Positions 63,636-64,000 of a stretch of DNA of 64,000 bases are shown here, in pieces. Numbering within the stretch: position 1 is the first letter of the stretch; each line of letters opens with the position of its first letter. The stretch lies in the NCBI GenBank assembly GCA_963843585.1, contig CAWJLJ010000022.1:4678-68677 (forward strand), in the 5' to 3' direction. The notes below the pieces were generated by a model that ran no database searches, was not told the origin of the DNA, and saw only the letters and a list, made by a program, of their open reading frames with translations. The translations under genes were made by a program, and so were the position numbers. The DNA comes from an uncultured Acidobacteriota bacterium (GTDB taxonomy: Bacteria > Actinomycetota > Acidimicrobiia > Spongiisociales > ZC4RG35).

Positions 63636-64000
63636 TGGTCCTCCTCGCCGGTCATGCCGAGGAACACGGACTCCAACGTCGACCGGGCAGGCCTGACCTC
63701 CTTTGGATAGATCCCCGCCTCGGCCAGCACCCTGACCACCCGGCTCCCGTCGTTCTCCTCGACGATCAGCCCACTGCCGTCCTGCCTGACGCCGATGCCG
63801 GCTGCCGAAAGGGCGGCCACGGCGGCAGCCGCTCCGTCGGTGACAACCCGTGTCGCGCCACCGGAGAGCATCTCCTCCAGAGGTCCTTCTGTGACCAGCT
63901 TCCCGCGGTTCAGGACCACCACGTAGTCGGCCAGGGCCTCGATATCCGCCAGGTCATGGCTCGAGACGACGACGGTCTGGCCGCTATCGGCGATCTCACG
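63632..64000 (-). CDS. ABC transporter ATP-binding protein (C-terminal part; starts beyond the window)
   Basis: TVVVSSHDLADIEALADYVVVLNRG, TLESVFL. Confidence 0.85.
   Translation of the reverse strand, partial: REIADSGQTVVVSSHDLADIEALADYVVVLNRGKLVTEGPLEEMLSGGATRVVTDGAAAAVAALSAAGIGVRQDGSGLIVEENDGSRVVRVLAEAGIYPKEVRPARSTLESVFLGMTGEEDQ

Overview
GC-rich chromosomal segment of an actinobacterium. Gene content and the actinobacterial LexA box suggest Actinomycetota, and Acidimicrobiia is my inference. Many single-base frameshifts fall in housekeeping genes (pnp, truB, nusA, icmF), which points to an unpolished long-read assembly rather than real pseudogenes. The right half (31-57 kb) is the conserved comM-dprA-xerC-whiG-rpsB-tsf-pyrH-frr-cdsA-dxr-rseP-ispG-proS-rimP-nusA-infB-rbfA-truB-ribF-rpsO-pnp block, with proBA between ribF and rpsO. 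The left half carries valS, icmF, a probably PPi-type PFK, a LexA-controlled imuAB pair next to an Fpg/Nei glycosylase, and small accessory genes. The strongest finding is a self-contained 7-gene histidine operon (7.7-14.8 kb). It is preceded by an unannotated His-rich leader peptide with a full 1:2/2:3/3:4 attenuator, and it encodes HisC-HAD and HisA-HisI-HisE fusions. Also notable: two divergent DUF222-like HNH genes that share a PafBC-like 5' promoter and a 3' hairpin, and a ~225 bp insert with a small basic peptide gene bracketed by a duplicated pfk 3' end. No rRNA, tRNA, CRISPR array or transposase was recognised.
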